Positions 52,061-61,884 of a stretch of DNA of 64,000 bases are shown piece by piece. Each line of letters begins with the position of its first letter. Positions within the stretch are counted from its first letter, which is position 1. The notes under the pieces were generated by a model. That model ran no database searches and was not told the DNA's origin. It saw only the letters and a list, made by a program, of their open reading frames with translations. The DNA lies in sequence record HE978309. One strand, given 5' to 3'. A program made the position numbers and the translations under genes. The stretch is from Enterobacteria phage GEC-3S.

Positions 52061-52080
52061 AAGGGGGCGAAAGCCCCCTA
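52061..52080 (+). other. GC-rich stem-loop between genes 34 and 35 (GGGGGC-GAAA-GCCCCC)
   Basis: Perfect 6-bp GC stem with GAAA tetraloop, no following T-run. Confidence 0.4.
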
Positions 52081-52090
52081 TGGGGTTATT

Positions 52091-53230
52091 ATGACACAAG
52101 AGATAGAATTACGCAACACTGGAATTAGGTTTGCGCATTTCGACGAAGACTCTGCGACATTTACCAGCATTTCAGAAAATAACTCTGTGATGTATAAGCT
52201 GGAAGTGCGCGGATCTAATGCGGATTCTACCAAACCAGCAAGGATTAGATTTAATGGAGTGGAGATCGTTGGCACTGGCTATGAAAATGGCCTAAATTTT
52301 AAAGTTCTTACTCCAACTGGACAATTACACGAAGAAAAGGTATTCTATGGTCGCGGTGCTGTTTTGGCAATGCGTGATTATCTTTCTTTGCTGAAAGGTG
52401 ACTATATCATTGCGATGGCAACGCATGGAGAATTGTTTGCAGATCCGGTAAGTGATGTTGTATTTTCTAAGCTGGGATCTGTATCATTCCCGAATCACAT
52501 TTTGTTACAGCAAATGCCTCGTGTATCATATGCAGCAATTTATTCTACGAAAATGGGTAAAATTGTGTGCGAAGGGATGCAAGCAACTCACGGGGAAGGA
52601 CAAGATTCATCTATACAAATTGAGAAAGTCTATGATACTATAGATGATCTTGCTATAACAGGAACACCGCAACGATTTTTAGATTATCCGGTTGAGTATG
52701 TTAGCGAAGATGCCGAACATTTCGAGCTAATACAATGGCCTCACGATGAGATCAGCGCCCCACTTGAGGATTTTAACATAAAGGCAGGTGACAAACTATC
52801 AATATCCTTTGAATTGTTCCGTGATAGTGCCGCAGCCGCAGCCAACGTAACAGCGCGTTTCTATCACAACTACTTCACCGATGGACAATATCAAACTGGT
52901 GTTCGATACAATGCCAGCAAAAAAGATCAATGGGAAAAGTTTGAAGCAGTCTATACCGTACCGGAAGGTGTCGATAGTGTAGTAACTGGTTGTATCAGAT
53001 ATCCAACCAACTCAAGTGAAGGTATTGTTAAAATTAGAAACATACTAATAACGCCGATCAGTGGAGTCGTCAAAACTACTGGTCCTACTTCATTTGGTGT
53101 TAATGGTGTTAGAACAACTCATATTCAGGATAACGGTGATTTTACTAACCCTGTAATGAGTCTTCTTAAGCTGCCTAGAGACAATAAACATATCACATCC
53201 AACAACTTTAAAGAGTTCGATGTTGATTAA
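52091..53230 (+). CDS. 35: Long tail fibre hinge connector gp35 (by position and size)
   Basis: 379 aa (T4 gp35 372 aa), directly downstream of gene 34. Confidence 0.75.
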   Translation: MTQEIELRNTGIRFAHFDEDSATFTSISENNSVMYKLEVRGSNADSTKPARIRFNGVEIVGTGYENGLNFKVLTPTGQLHEEKVFYGRGAVLAMRDYLSLLKGDYIIAMATHGELFADPVSDVVFSKLGSVSFPNHILLQQMPRVSYAAIYSTKMGKIVCEGMQATHGEGQDSSIQIEKVYDTIDDLAITGTPQRFLDYPVEYVSEDAEHFELIQWPHDEISAPLEDFNIKAGDKLSISFELFRDSAAAAANVTARFYHNYFTDGQYQTGVRYNASKKDQWEKFEAVYTVPEGVDSVVTGCIRYPTNSSEGIVKIRNILITPISGVVKTTGPTSFGVNGVRTTHIQDNGDFTNPVMSLLKLPRDNKHITSNNFKEFDVD

Positions 53231-53241
53231 CATTTTTAACA

Positions 53242-53270
53242 AGCCGATCCATGTGGTCGGCTTTATTTTT
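53242..53270 (+). terminator. Rho-independent terminator after gene 35
   Basis: AAGCCGATCCA-TG-TGGTCGGCTT followed by TTATTTTT. Confidence 0.65.
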
Positions 53271-53392
53271 ATACAGTTGGTTAAAATGTAACCAAAACGA
53301 AGAAAGATCTTTAGAATAATAGAAAATTTGTTTCGGTTAAAAATTAGTCAGTGCCTCCGGCACGTCGCGAAGCGATATTTTTGTTAACATTC

Positions 53393-53400
53393 TATAAATA
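53393..53400 (+). promoter_or_regulatory. T4-type late promoter (TATAAATA) for gene 36
   Basis: Exact TATAAATA about 34 nt upstream of gene 36 ATG. Confidence 0.6.
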
Positions 53401-53433
53401 CTCGGAACTATAACTAATTTTTGAGGTTACTTT

Positions 53434-54924
53434 ATGGCAGATTTGAAATATGGATCTACTGTAGGTGGATCTCCCATTTGGACGCAAGGAAACTTGACGA
53501 TCCAGCCAGCGGGGGATCAGCTTTTCTACAAAGGTCATAAAATCTATACCGCTTTTGATAGACCTTCGGCTACCGATTTTGATGCTGTTAGTGCATCCGA
53601 AGGTGGCACATTTCAAAAGCAAGTTCATTTCGAGGAAGGTTTAAGCGTAGGTAGCGCATCGGCTGGAGAAACTAAAAAGAATGGTATCTTTAAAGGTCAG
53701 AGTGACGCTGCTAATTTTGACGGTGTAAGCTGGGGTTTGCATTCATGGAAGTCAATCGGCTTTGTTAATGCCCGTGATGGCGTTATTATGGCGTATATTG
53801 ACACCACAACTGGCGAATTTAAGTCTAAAGGGACTATCGAAGGGACAACCATTAAAGACACAGGTCAACGCGTCTATAGCCCTGTTAATAAACCAACGAA
53901 TAATGATTTAGATTTGGTGTCTCGTCGCGGTGATACTCTCACAGGAACATATAATTTAAACACCGTCACTGTTAAACTATCGGTTGATTCGAAATTAATT
54001 GCAAGGGAACGTGATTTAATTAATTTTGATGCGACTAAGATCTATTATGGTAACGTTCTTGATACGTTGGTCTTCCGAAGTAAAGATGAGCCTACCATTT
54101 TTGTTAATGGCAAAGAAGGTCGTTTTTATCACACCAACAATAAACCAACTAAAGCCGATGTTGGACTAGGCAATGTCACCAATGATGCACAGGTTAAACG
54201 TGCTGGTGATATTATGGAAGGTAACTTGCAAGCGCCTAGAATGTTGGCGACAAACGATCCTGCTGGTCCTAATGAATTGGTTCGTTTGAGCTACTTTGAG
54301 AGAAAATCAATGGTAGCAAATCCAACCATCATTGGAAACGTTGATTGGAACACTCTTATTAATCGCGGTATCTATCGTGTGGAAAATGCTGGATCAGGTA
54401 CTAATAAACCGTCTGATAGCTATTATAACGGCGTTTTGATGGTATATCGCCCAGAAGATGCGGTCGGTACTCGTCGAATTGTTCAGGTGTATTATCCTGA
54501 ATCTATTGACCATCCGATGTGCTGGCGTTCTTGTTCTAATGAATCATGGACTGCATGGAACTATGTAGATCACCGTAAATTAGCCGATATTCGCTATGTT
54601 AACGTAACTGGCGATACCATGACAGGACCGTTAACTGTTCCGGCTGCAAACGGTGTTAGAACAGCTAAAACTAACTATAACGGGGATAACTGTTATGCGG
54701 CGTTAAGCGGTGCTGATGGTACTGCTATGATTCACCGCATTAGTGATATTAAAGGGACCGAAAAGCTGGGGATCACCCACGACTCAAAGGTCGTGTTTTT
54801 CCGTTCTAGAAACAATACTCAAACCGTGGATCGCTATCAGCTTTATCATGAAGGTAATAAACCTACTCCGGCTGATGTTGGAGCGGTTCCACTTAATGCG
54901 GTGATTGATTTTGGTACTTTCTAA
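53434..54924 (+). CDS. 36: Long tail fibre distal connector gp36-like (enlarged)
   Basis: Position between 35 and 37; 496 aa vs 221 aa in T4; N-terminus (MADLKYG...) related to gp34/gp37 N-termini. Confidence 0.65.
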   Translation: MADLKYGSTVGGSPIWTQGNLTIQPAGDQLFYKGHKIYTAFDRPSATDFDAVSASEGGTFQKQVHFEEGLSVGSASAGETKKNGIFKGQSDAANFDGVSWGLHSWKSIGFVNARDGVIMAYIDTTTGEFKSKGTIEGTTIKDTGQRVYSPVNKPTNNDLDLVSRRGDTLTGTYNLNTVTVKLSVDSKLIARERDLINFDATKIYYGNVLDTLVFRSKDEPTIFVNGKEGRFYHTNNKPTKADVGLGNVTNDAQVKRAGDIMEGNLQAPRMLATNDPAGPNELVRLSYFERKSMVANPTIIGNVDWNTLINRGIYRVENAGSGTNKPSDSYYNGVLMVYRPEDAVGTRRIVQVYYPESIDHPMCWRSCSNESWTAWNYVDHRKLADIRYVNVTGDTMTGPLTVPAANGVRTAKTNYNGDNCYAALSGADGTAMIHRISDIKGTEKLGITHDSKVVFFRSRNNTQTVDRYQLYHEGNKPTPADVGAVPLNAVIDFGTF

Positions 54925-54928
54925 TTTT

Positions 54929-54953
54929 AGCGGGGATTATCTCCCCGCTTTTC
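54929..54953 (+). terminator. Rho-independent terminator after gene 36
   Basis: GCGGGGA-TTATC-TCCCCGC followed by TTTT. Confidence 0.65.
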
Positions 54954-54994
54954 TAAATAATATTATTCTAATAACCGTTTAAGGATTTTATAAA

Positions 54995-57763
54995 ATGGCA
55001 GATTTAAGCAGAATCCAATTTAAACGCACTAGCACTAAAGGTCGTAAACCTGATGCTAGTACGATGAATCCGGGGGAATTGGCAATCAACCTTGCGGATC
55101 AATATCTTCTTACTAAAAATGATTCCGGTGCTATTATCAATTTAAGTTGCCCTCCGGTGTATGACCGTGATGTTACAATGGCGGGTAAGGTTAAAGGTAA
55201 TAATTATATCTTAGGTAAAACCGCCAACTATCTGGAAGATCAGACAGCGCGAGATCTTAACTACTTTGGTGCTTTCCGTACCAATGGTCTTGATGGTTTT
55301 CTCGAACTCACGCTAAACGTTCCTCATTCTTCTGGTGTTCAGCATGGTCGAGGATTTACTTTCCAGTATGGACACACAGGAAACCGTGTAGAAACTTATG
55401 GTTATAATAAAGAAGGACAAAAAGCATTTAGCTATAAAATGTATCACGAAGGTGATAAACCAACACCCTCAGAATTGAACGTTTACAGCAAACAAGAAGT
55501 TGACCGTATGTTTGTTAAAAACGTTAAACTTGCTACAGTTCCTGGTGATATAGTTGACGGTTATTTTAAATTAGCAACTGCAATGATTCCGCAAAGCGGT
55601 CGTAGTGTATTTTTCCGTATTCATGGTGGTAACGGATATAACGTTACTGCATACGATCAAGTTGATATTGTAGAAATTGTTATTCGCAGTGGAAATAATC
55701 GTCCTAAAGGTGTTAACGTTATTGCATATCGCCGAAATACAAACAAAGCATTTGATGTTTTGGCTGTTAATACTTCTGGTGATAACTATGATATCTACGT
55801 GAAATATCAGCGTTATACTGATAACGTTATTGTTGAATTTGGTAAAAGTGTTGATGTTAATCTGGTAGTCCATGACGTTCCAGACTTTGTTGTTGATCGT
55901 CCTGCTGGCGATAATGTTATTGGCGGTCGCGCGGTAACTCTTTTTAACACCGAAAACAAACGAGGTGTGTTGAGTTTTGACGATAACACACAAAATAGTT
56001 ATGATATTGTTCACTTGAGTAATGATAGGGGTACTGGACGAAAATATATTCGTAAATTCCGTAGTAACTATAATGAAATGATCTGGCACGAGACGGTTCA
56101 AGGCGCCAGCTATCGTCTGGCTACTGGTGCAACTGATGTTCAGGAGATTCTAACCGTTGAATCTGTTAGCTCAATTGCTGGAACTCATAAAGGTAATATT
56201 ACTTCTGGCCGTATGCTGTTAAATGGTGGTAGTAATGTTATTACCTTGCGGCGTCCTGCTGGTCAATCCAACCATATTGCGTTTCAAGATAATCGTACTG
56301 GAGATATTACCCGTCAAGGATGGATCGGTTATGCCAATGCTGATACTAACGTTTTTGAATGGTATAGTGATGTAGGTGGCAGTTCTATTCGTCAACATAT
56401 CGACGGACAGATCGAATTTCAGACAGGTAGCATGAAGCGAGTTTATACTAACGGACAATTCATTTCATTATATGCCGATGGCTTCCGTACAGTATATGGA
56501 AACTATGGTTCATGGTGGCGAAATGACGGTAGTAACGTTTATCTGATGAGCACAAAATCAGGCGACACTATGGGTCCGTGGAATACCTTTAGGCCGTTCA
56601 TATACAGTCTCGCCAATGGAAACGTTACTCTAGGTGGTAGCGATGCTGGCAACCATTTAATGCGTCTCAATAATGAAAATCGTCAAGTAGAAATAAATGC
56701 AACAACACATTTAGGGTCTCGATTATATTGGGAACGTAGCGAAGGATCGGCATCTAGATTTTTTATTAAGAATTGGGGTAATGGATCTTCTCGCGCTCAA
56801 GTGTGGGAACTTGCTGACGAGACAGGTTATCATGTATATTCTCAGCGAAACGACGCGGGTGTTCTTCAATTCCGTACTGCTGGTAATTTTGAGACTGGTG
56901 GTGATGCTCAAGTAAACGGGACTTTACGTGTCACCAATGTTCTTCGAACAGATAACCAAATTCAGATTTATCGCGATAACAACAAAGAACTCTGGTTTAA
57001 GGATGCTAATGGTACTAACCGTGGTGTTATCTGGGGTGATAGCACAGGTCAAATGCGCATTCGAAACTATAACAGCGGAGAATTTGACCATGTTTTCCAG
57101 ACTGGTATGATTCGCTTAGAACGTGGGTATGCAAACGGTAGCGACCGTGGTTTGATTCGCGGAGAAGTACAAGGTGGTGCTTGGTCAGAATGGAAAACTC
57201 GCGCTGCTGGCTTATTGGTTGACTGTCCAGCTGCTCAAACTTCCGCATATAACGTATGGAAAGCGACCAAATGGGGTTTAGACCACATCGCGGCAATGGG
57301 CGTTCATGTTCCTAGTGGCGTTATTACTAATGCTATGGCACGTCTTCATATTCATACCACAAACTTTGACTTTAACGCCTCCGGTGATTTCCAAGCAGGT
57401 CGTAACGGTAATTTTAACGATGTGTATATTCGTTCTGATGCTCGCCTTAAAATCAATAAGGAAGAGTATAAGGAGAATGCCACCGATAAAGTTAATCGCT
57501 TGACGGTATACACCTATGACAAGGTTAAATCTTTAACCGACCGTACTGTCATTGCTCATGAAGTTGGTATTATTGCTCAGGATCTTGAGAAAGAATTGCC
57601 GGAAGCCGTAACAACTTCTAAGGTCGGCGATCCTGATAAGCCAGAAGAGATCTTAACAATTTCTAACTCTGCTGTCAACGCTCTTTTAATTAAGGCGTTT
57701 CAGGAAATGAGCGAAGAACTTAAAGCCGTTAAAGCTGAACTAGCGGAACTTAAAAAGAATTAA
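54995..57763 (+). CDS. 37: Long tail fibre distal subunit gp37-like with C-terminal intramolecular chaperone (S74-like) domain
   Basis: 922 aa; C-terminal YIRSDARLKINK ... resembles auto-cleaving IMC domains of phage fibres; position upstream of holin t. Confidence 0.8.
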   Translation: MADLSRIQFKRTSTKGRKPDASTMNPGELAINLADQYLLTKNDSGAIINLSCPPVYDRDVTMAGKVKGNNYILGKTANYLEDQTARDLNYFGAFRTNGLDGFLELTLNVPHSSGVQHGRGFTFQYGHTGNRVETYGYNKEGQKAFSYKMYHEGDKPTPSELNVYSKQEVDRMFVKNVKLATVPGDIVDGYFKLATAMIPQSGRSVFFRIHGGNGYNVTAYDQVDIVEIVIRSGNNRPKGVNVIAYRRNTNKAFDVLAVNTSGDNYDIYVKYQRYTDNVIVEFGKSVDVNLVVHDVPDFVVDRPAGDNVIGGRAVTLFNTENKRGVLSFDDNTQNSYDIVHLSNDRGTGRKYIRKFRSNYNEMIWHETVQGASYRLATGATDVQEILTVESVSSIAGTHKGNITSGRMLLNGGSNVITLRRPAGQSNHIAFQDNRTGDITRQGWIGYANADTNVFEWYSDVGGSSIRQHIDGQIEFQTGSMKRVYTNGQFISLYADGFRTVYGNYGSWWRNDGSNVYLMSTKSGDTMGPWNTFRPFIYSLANGNVTLGGSDAGNHLMRLNNENRQVEINATTHLGSRLYWERSEGSASRFFIKNWGNGSSRAQVWELADETGYHVYSQRNDAGVLQFRTAGNFETGGDAQVNGTLRVTNVLRTDNQIQIYRDNNKELWFKDANGTNRGVIWGDSTGQMRIRNYNSGEFDHVFQTGMIRLERGYANGSDRGLIRGEVQGGAWSEWKTRAAGLLVDCPAAQTSAYNVWKATKWGLDHIAAMGVHVPSGVITNAMARLHIHTTNFDFNASGDFQAGRNGNFNDVYIRSDARLKINKEEYKENATDKVNRLTVYTYDKVKSLTDRTVIAHEVGIIAQDLEKELPEAVTTSKVGDPDKPEEILTISNSAVNALLIKAFQEMSEELKAVKAELAELKKN

Positions 57764-57805
57764 GGAAAACTCCCAGGGAAGGGAAACTACTAAGGAGAAA
57801 CGGCT

Positions 57806-58045
57806 ATGGTCTATAATATCGTCATTGGTGCTTTGTCTAGTTTCGGAATGAAATTATTGTCAAAGTTAATTAGTGAAAAGATGCTCACTAAAATTTTCTT
57901 CTATTGCGCTCGTCGTCTTGCGGCTTATACCAATACGCCAATTGATGATCGTTTTGTGGAAGAACTTTATAAGGAGTTTAATAAAGATCAGTCAGAAGAT
58001 AGTAACGAGCAAGAGAAACCTAGTGATAGTCAACTACCTAAATAA
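57806..58045 (+). CDS. Hypothetical small protein with N-terminal hydrophobic segment (79 aa)
   Basis: ORF between gene 37 and t, where T4 has gene 38; no similarity to gp38 recognised. Confidence 0.45.
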   Translation: MVYNIVIGALSSFGMKLLSKLISEKMLTKIFFYCARRLAAYTNTPIDDRFVEELYKEFNKDQSEDSNEQEKPSDSQLPK

Positions 58046-58078
58046 GAGTACACTGTCATAGTTATCTTAGGGCATTAT

Positions 58079-58735
58079 ATGCAAGTTTCTGAAAAAGGGA
58101 AAGACTTTGCTATCTCAAATGTCCTGCGCGCTATTTTCACAACTAAAAGCACGGAGTTGCTCGTACTTCGTGTTTTTGCTGCCGTCGTGTTGTCCATATT
58201 GGCATTTGTCGTTTATAGTAAAAACGAGTTGTTTGCGCTTTATAAAGAGACTCGTTATGAGACTTATGCTCACATTCTCCAGGTAGAGAAAGACCGCAAT
58301 TTTGATAATGCAGCACAGGAGCAGTTACAGATAGTTCATGTGTCGGCTGATGCCGATTTTTCTGCTGTTTTTAGTTTTCGTCCGAAAAACCTAAACTATT
58401 TTGTTGATTTGGTGGCATATGAAGGAAAGTTGCCGCATACAATCGATGAAAAAAATTTAGGCGGATTCCCTATCAATAAAACGAGTGAAGAATATCGTAG
58501 GCATCTTTTAGGTAAATCATATTTTACCGATAAAGATTTCCAGTATATTCCATCAAGAGAAAAGAAATTAGAGAATATCGATATAGGTTTCATGTATTCT
58601 TGTCCTATATTCAATCTCGATAATGTCTATTCTGGTAGTATCGCCATTTCATGGAAGAATAAACCGGATATTGACATTGAGAATTTAGATACTCTTTGCA
58701 ATCAATCTGCCAGAATCCTCGGAAGGATTAGATAA
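58079..58735 (+). CDS. t: Holin T
   Basis: 218 aa; aligns with T4 holin (YETY; EQLQIVH.S.DADFSAV.SFRPKNLNYFVD..AYEGKLP; MYSCP.FNLDN.Y.G.I; ARILGR). Confidence 0.9.
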   Translation: MQVSEKGKDFAISNVLRAIFTTKSTELLVLRVFAAVVLSILAFVVYSKNELFALYKETRYETYAHILQVEKDRNFDNAAQEQLQIVHVSADADFSAVFSFRPKNLNYFVDLVAYEGKLPHTIDEKNLGGFPINKTSEEYRRHLLGKSYFTDKDFQYIPSREKKLENIDIGFMYSCPIFNLDNVYSGSIAISWKNKPDIDIENLDTLCNQSARILGRIR

Positions 58736-58740
58736 CTTAA

Positions 58741-58772
58741 AGGGGAAGCCTTTCGGCCTCCCCTTCTTTTTA
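58741..58772. terminator. Bidirectional terminator between holin t and convergent minus-strand gene
   Basis: AAA-GGGGAAGCC-TTTC-GGCCTCCCC-TTCTTTTTATT. Confidence 0.65.
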
Positions 58773-59018
58773 TTGGCGCATAGAAGCCCCTGAATCACAT
58801 TTTGACGCTGTATGATGAAAACAGGTAGCGTACCAGTCATCGGCTTGTTTGTCTTCGTCAGAAAACGCGTAATTGCGTTGTATGCCGTTTTCTACTTTGA
58901 CCAGTGCAATAGCTGTTTCTGGAAGATCAATCAATCGGACAAAATCACCATCTTCCCACTCTACACGAGCAATATCATAGCCCATCTCAAAGTATACAAT
59001 CGCTTGTTCTAATTTCAT
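58770..59018 (-). CDS. DUF2829/Tad2-like small protein (candidate anti-Thoeris sponge)
   Basis: 82 aa; N-terminal A..Y....G....R.EW and C-terminal acidic DDWY resemble DUF2829 as recalled; low-certainty motif call. Confidence 0.4.
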   Translation of the reverse strand: MKLEQAIVYFEMGYDIARVEWEDGDFVRLIDLPETAIALVKVENGIQRNYAFSDEDKQADDWYATCFHHTASKCDSGASMRQ

Positions 59019-59344
59019 TCTGGAAACTTCCCGTAAACATTCTCTGCCAGCTTACGTGCATCTTTTACAATATCTTTCATGTAGTGACTATAATTTTTAG
59101 CTAGATCAATGATGCAATCAACAAAGAAGTAATAGCGTCGCAGTGCTACCAGCTCAACATCTTCAAGATGACCATTTTCTCCAATCGCTGAAATATGTTT
59201 AAATTCCTTTCGGATCGCATCCATCGCTACATTAACTTCTTTTATAATATCTTTCGTATTATATGCACCTCGACTAATCAAAATTTTGGTTAGGTCTTCT
59301 GCTTTTTCGTGAAAGTTGTCAATTTCAAACTCGATCATAATCAC
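59015..59344 (-). CDS. Hypothetical protein (109 aa); paralog of 59453..59785
   Basis: C-terminal ...ENVYGKFPE vs ...ENIFGKF; ATGA coupling. Confidence 0.5.
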   Translation of the reverse strand: MIMIEFEIDNFHEKAEDLTKILISRGAYNTKDIIKEVNVAMDAIRKEFKHISAIGENGHLEDVELVALRRYYFFVDCIIDLAKNYSHYMKDIVKDARKLAENVYGKFPE

Positions 59345-59452
59345 CTCTCATAATTTCACGCTGTTGTTTCAACATTTTTTCGTGGTTTGCTAATTCTATA
59401 CCTTGTAATAGCATAACCAGTGCAATTTTCAATGATTCATCATCTTTCATAA

Positions 59453-59785
59453 TCAAAATTTACCGAAAATATTCTCTGTCATAATTCTTGCTTCGTCGAT
59501 TATTTTCGTCATGTTCATGGTGTAGTTATGATCATTTAATGCCTTAATGACAACGAGCAAGGAATCTAAAAACACTCGATACCGGGTATATTCTACGCTA
59601 TTTGTGAATACCGATGTTTTCTCTACTTTATCGATCAGATAGCCTAAAACCGATAGCGCCTCGTTTACTTCCCTTGTTACTTTATCGGCGCTAAACAACA
59701 CCGGATAAAGACGCGGTGTGATTAACCGCGCTGCCTCTTTCAATTCGGTCGCTTTCCATGATTCATATTTGTCATAGTTAAACAA
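59453..59785 (-). CDS. Hypothetical protein (110 aa); paralog of 59015..59344
   Basis: Similar length and C-terminal motif. Confidence 0.5.
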   Translation of the reverse strand: MFNYDKYESWKATELKEAARLITPRLYPVLFSADKVTREVNEALSVLGYLIDKVEKTSVFTNSVEYTRYRVFLDSLLVVIKALNDHNYTMNMTKIIDEARIMTENIFGKF

Positions 59786-59797
59786 TGTATAATCTCC

Positions 59798-60130
59798 TTA
59801 CAGATGAAAACCTGTTACAATCACCGCATCGATCATACCGCTAGGAATAAACGGTTCGCCCTCTTTTATTTCAACTTTGAATTGATGCCATTTCGCTAAT
59901 ACTTCTTCCGGTACACCCAGCGATTCGGCGTCTGCTTTAGTTTCATCCATAATCCAACTAGGCTGCATGAGAGCATAGTTTACATAGTCCATTTCTGGGG
60001 TCATGTCATCAATGTTAATATATTTGCAGTTGACGCGTTTCAGAATTTCAAATTCTTTATTGTCAACCTGTACCATGTATAATTCAGTAGTTTCTGGAAT
60101 CAGTTCCCACACAATCAGTACATTTTTCAT
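59798..60130 (-). CDS. Hypothetical protein (110 aa)
   Basis: ORF in tightly packed minus-strand early cluster. Confidence 0.5.
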   Translation of the reverse strand: MKNVLIVWELIPETTELYMVQVDNKEFEILKRVNCKYINIDDMTPEMDYVNYALMQPSWIMDETKADAESLGVPEEVLAKWHQFKVEIKEGEPFIPSGMIDAVIVTGFHL

Positions 60131-60138
60131 AGTTCACC

Positions 60139-60507
60139 TCACTTAACAAAGATTTTCTTTAATGCTTTCAGGATCGTTGCTTCCGGCGCTTCTTCCGGTG
60201 GAGGAAGCAATTCTACCACTTCCTCTTCCAACTCGATATAGTCTACCAGATATTCTACATAGAATGCAAGTGCTTCCATGAAATTAGATGCTACATCCGA
60301 TTCGCCACACGCGCCCACATGCATTGTATAAACATCACTGCGATCAAGTTTGTGGATGCTCCCCAGATAGTTTCGGTTATACCAGACTTCCCACACTTTC
60401 AACTTTCCGGTTTTGGTTGCTGTTTTATAATCGGTTTCGTAATGATGCAATTGACGTTGCAGATCATTGATAATAACACATTTTTCGTAATTGTTTTGAA
60501 TTTCCAT
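60139..60507 (-). CDS. Hypothetical protein (122 aa), acidic C-terminus
   Basis: ORF with GAGGAT RBS. Confidence 0.5.
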   Translation of the reverse strand: MEIQNNYEKCVIINDLQRQLHHYETDYKTATKTGKLKVWEVWYNRNYLGSIHKLDRSDVYTMHVGACGESDVASNFMEALAFYVEYLVDYIELEEEVVELLPPPEEAPEATILKALKKIFVK

Positions 60508-60517
60508 GATGTAATCC

Positions 60518-60709
60518 TCACTTATCGTTAAGAAGTTCTAAAACTTTCTGTCGTACTTTGTCAATATTAGTTGATTCAAAAACTGTACGGTATCCCCAAC
60601 CTTGACCGTATGATCGCGAGCAATCCCCATATCCCCATTGTTCAACCTGATAGTATTCAAGGAATTGGTGCTGCCGAACTATGATACCATCGCGATTAAA
60701 AATTACCAT
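60518..60709 (-). CDS. Hypothetical small protein (63 aa)
   Basis: ORF with GAGGAT RBS. Confidence 0.4.
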   Translation of the reverse strand: MVIFNRDGIIVRQHQFLEYYQVEQWGYGDCSRSYGQGWGYRTVFESTNIDKVRQKVLELLNDK

Positions 60710-60732
60710 AATATAATCCTCACGTCAACAAC

Positions 60733-61014
60733 TTATTTTCGGTTGTAATTCTGCCACTTTCGGTAATACTGCTTGTAATATTGTTTAATGTTTGGTGGTT
60801 CGTCACTATACATGTTATCAACCATCATGTCAATAAGACCTTCCGGTGTTTGATAGTTACCCGCTCGAATGAGTTCCTTAATCAAAAGATCTTGTGTCGC
60901 TTTATACTTGACAATAACAACTGTCTTTTCTGCCTTTCCAATTCCGATCCGGTCGTTAGCTCTCATAGCATCCCACCAATCTTTTTTAAACTTCATGTTG
61001 TTAAATTTCATCAT
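60733..61014 (-). CDS. Hypothetical protein (93 aa)
   Basis: ORF abutting upstream secreted-protein gene. Confidence 0.45.
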   Translation of the reverse strand: MMKFNNMKFKKDWWDAMRANDRIGIGKAEKTVVIVKYKATQDLLIKELIRAGNYQTPEGLIDMMVDNMYSDEPPNIKQYYKQYYRKWQNYNRK

Positions 61015-61815
61015 TTAACCCTTCTTATATTCGCAAACATATTGAGTACCATAATCATAGCTAATGCGACCTTTCTCGATGACTTCAAAGCGGATTTCAT
61101 CGTTTTCCCCTACCCACATTTTGTACTCGTTGAAGTATCCTGCTACATCCGGTTTGCTCATACCAACAACCATATTTTTATATTGTTTGCTGCGTGTCAG
61201 ATTTGATTTAAACACTTCGCGCTCATCAACATATACGAAAGAAGACAATTCACCTTCGGTCATGGTCATTTTCAGCTTGCCGCCCTTGTTGCCATAAGTA
61301 GAGTTGCCATACAATGGATCTTTGCGGCTGTCTGTTTCAATACCATCAATGATTTTCCATGTAAATTTTGCAATGCACTGATAAGTGATAGATCCAGAGA
61401 TTTTCTCTTCTTTCTTCTGTTCTTCCACCACTTTTTCTTCCTGTTTCGGCTGTTCTTCTTCAACCTTCACGGAAGTCTCTGAATCGATTTCTGACGCGGT
61501 TTCTTCTTTAGGTAATACATTCATCAAGTTTTGGATTTGAGCGTTATATACAGCCTCCAGTGGCTGGATCTGCCCGATATTGATCATTGTATCACGAACA
61601 GTTTTATTCCAGTTGCGTTGCTCTTGTTTAAGAGACGGATCAATCTTAACAGCCTTAACATATACTTCATGAAGTTTCGAATCCAGTGCGGAGATTGACT
61701 CATTAGCACAAATAAACTTCTCTGATTTGGTAGTAGCTTTAGCGCAATCAAAGGACGCAGCATTAGCACCGAAAGCAGTAGCAGAAAGAACGATAGCAGC
61801 GATAATGTTTTTCAT
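61015..61815 (-). CDS. Secreted protein with DUF1311/LprI-like N-terminal domain
   Basis: Signal peptide MKNIIAAIVLSATAFGANA; FDCAKATTKSEKFICANESISALDSKL pattern; own promoter. Confidence 0.6.
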   Translation of the reverse strand: MKNIIAAIVLSATAFGANAASFDCAKATTKSEKFICANESISALDSKLHEVYVKAVKIDPSLKQEQRNWNKTVRDTMINIGQIQPLEAVYNAQIQNLMNVLPKEETASEIDSETSVKVEEEQPKQEEKVVEEQKKEEKISGSITYQCIAKFTWKIIDGIETDSRKDPLYGNSTYGNKGGKLKMTMTEGELSSFVYVDEREVFKSNLTRSKQYKNMVVGMSKPDVAGYFNEYKMWVGENDEIRFEVIEKGRISYDYGTQYVCEYKKG

Positions 61816-61848
61816 AATATATTCCTCAATGTTTTTCTTGATGGGAGT

Positions 61849-61878
61849 ATCTTACTACTCCCTTAATCCGGTGTCAAC
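61849..61878 (-). promoter_or_regulatory. Sigma70-like early promoter (GGGAGTA...TACTCCC palindrome around -10)
   Basis: TTGACA - 17 nt - TAAGAT; same palindrome as near 25.37 and 35.02 kb. Confidence 0.5.
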
Positions 61879-61884
61879 TACTTT

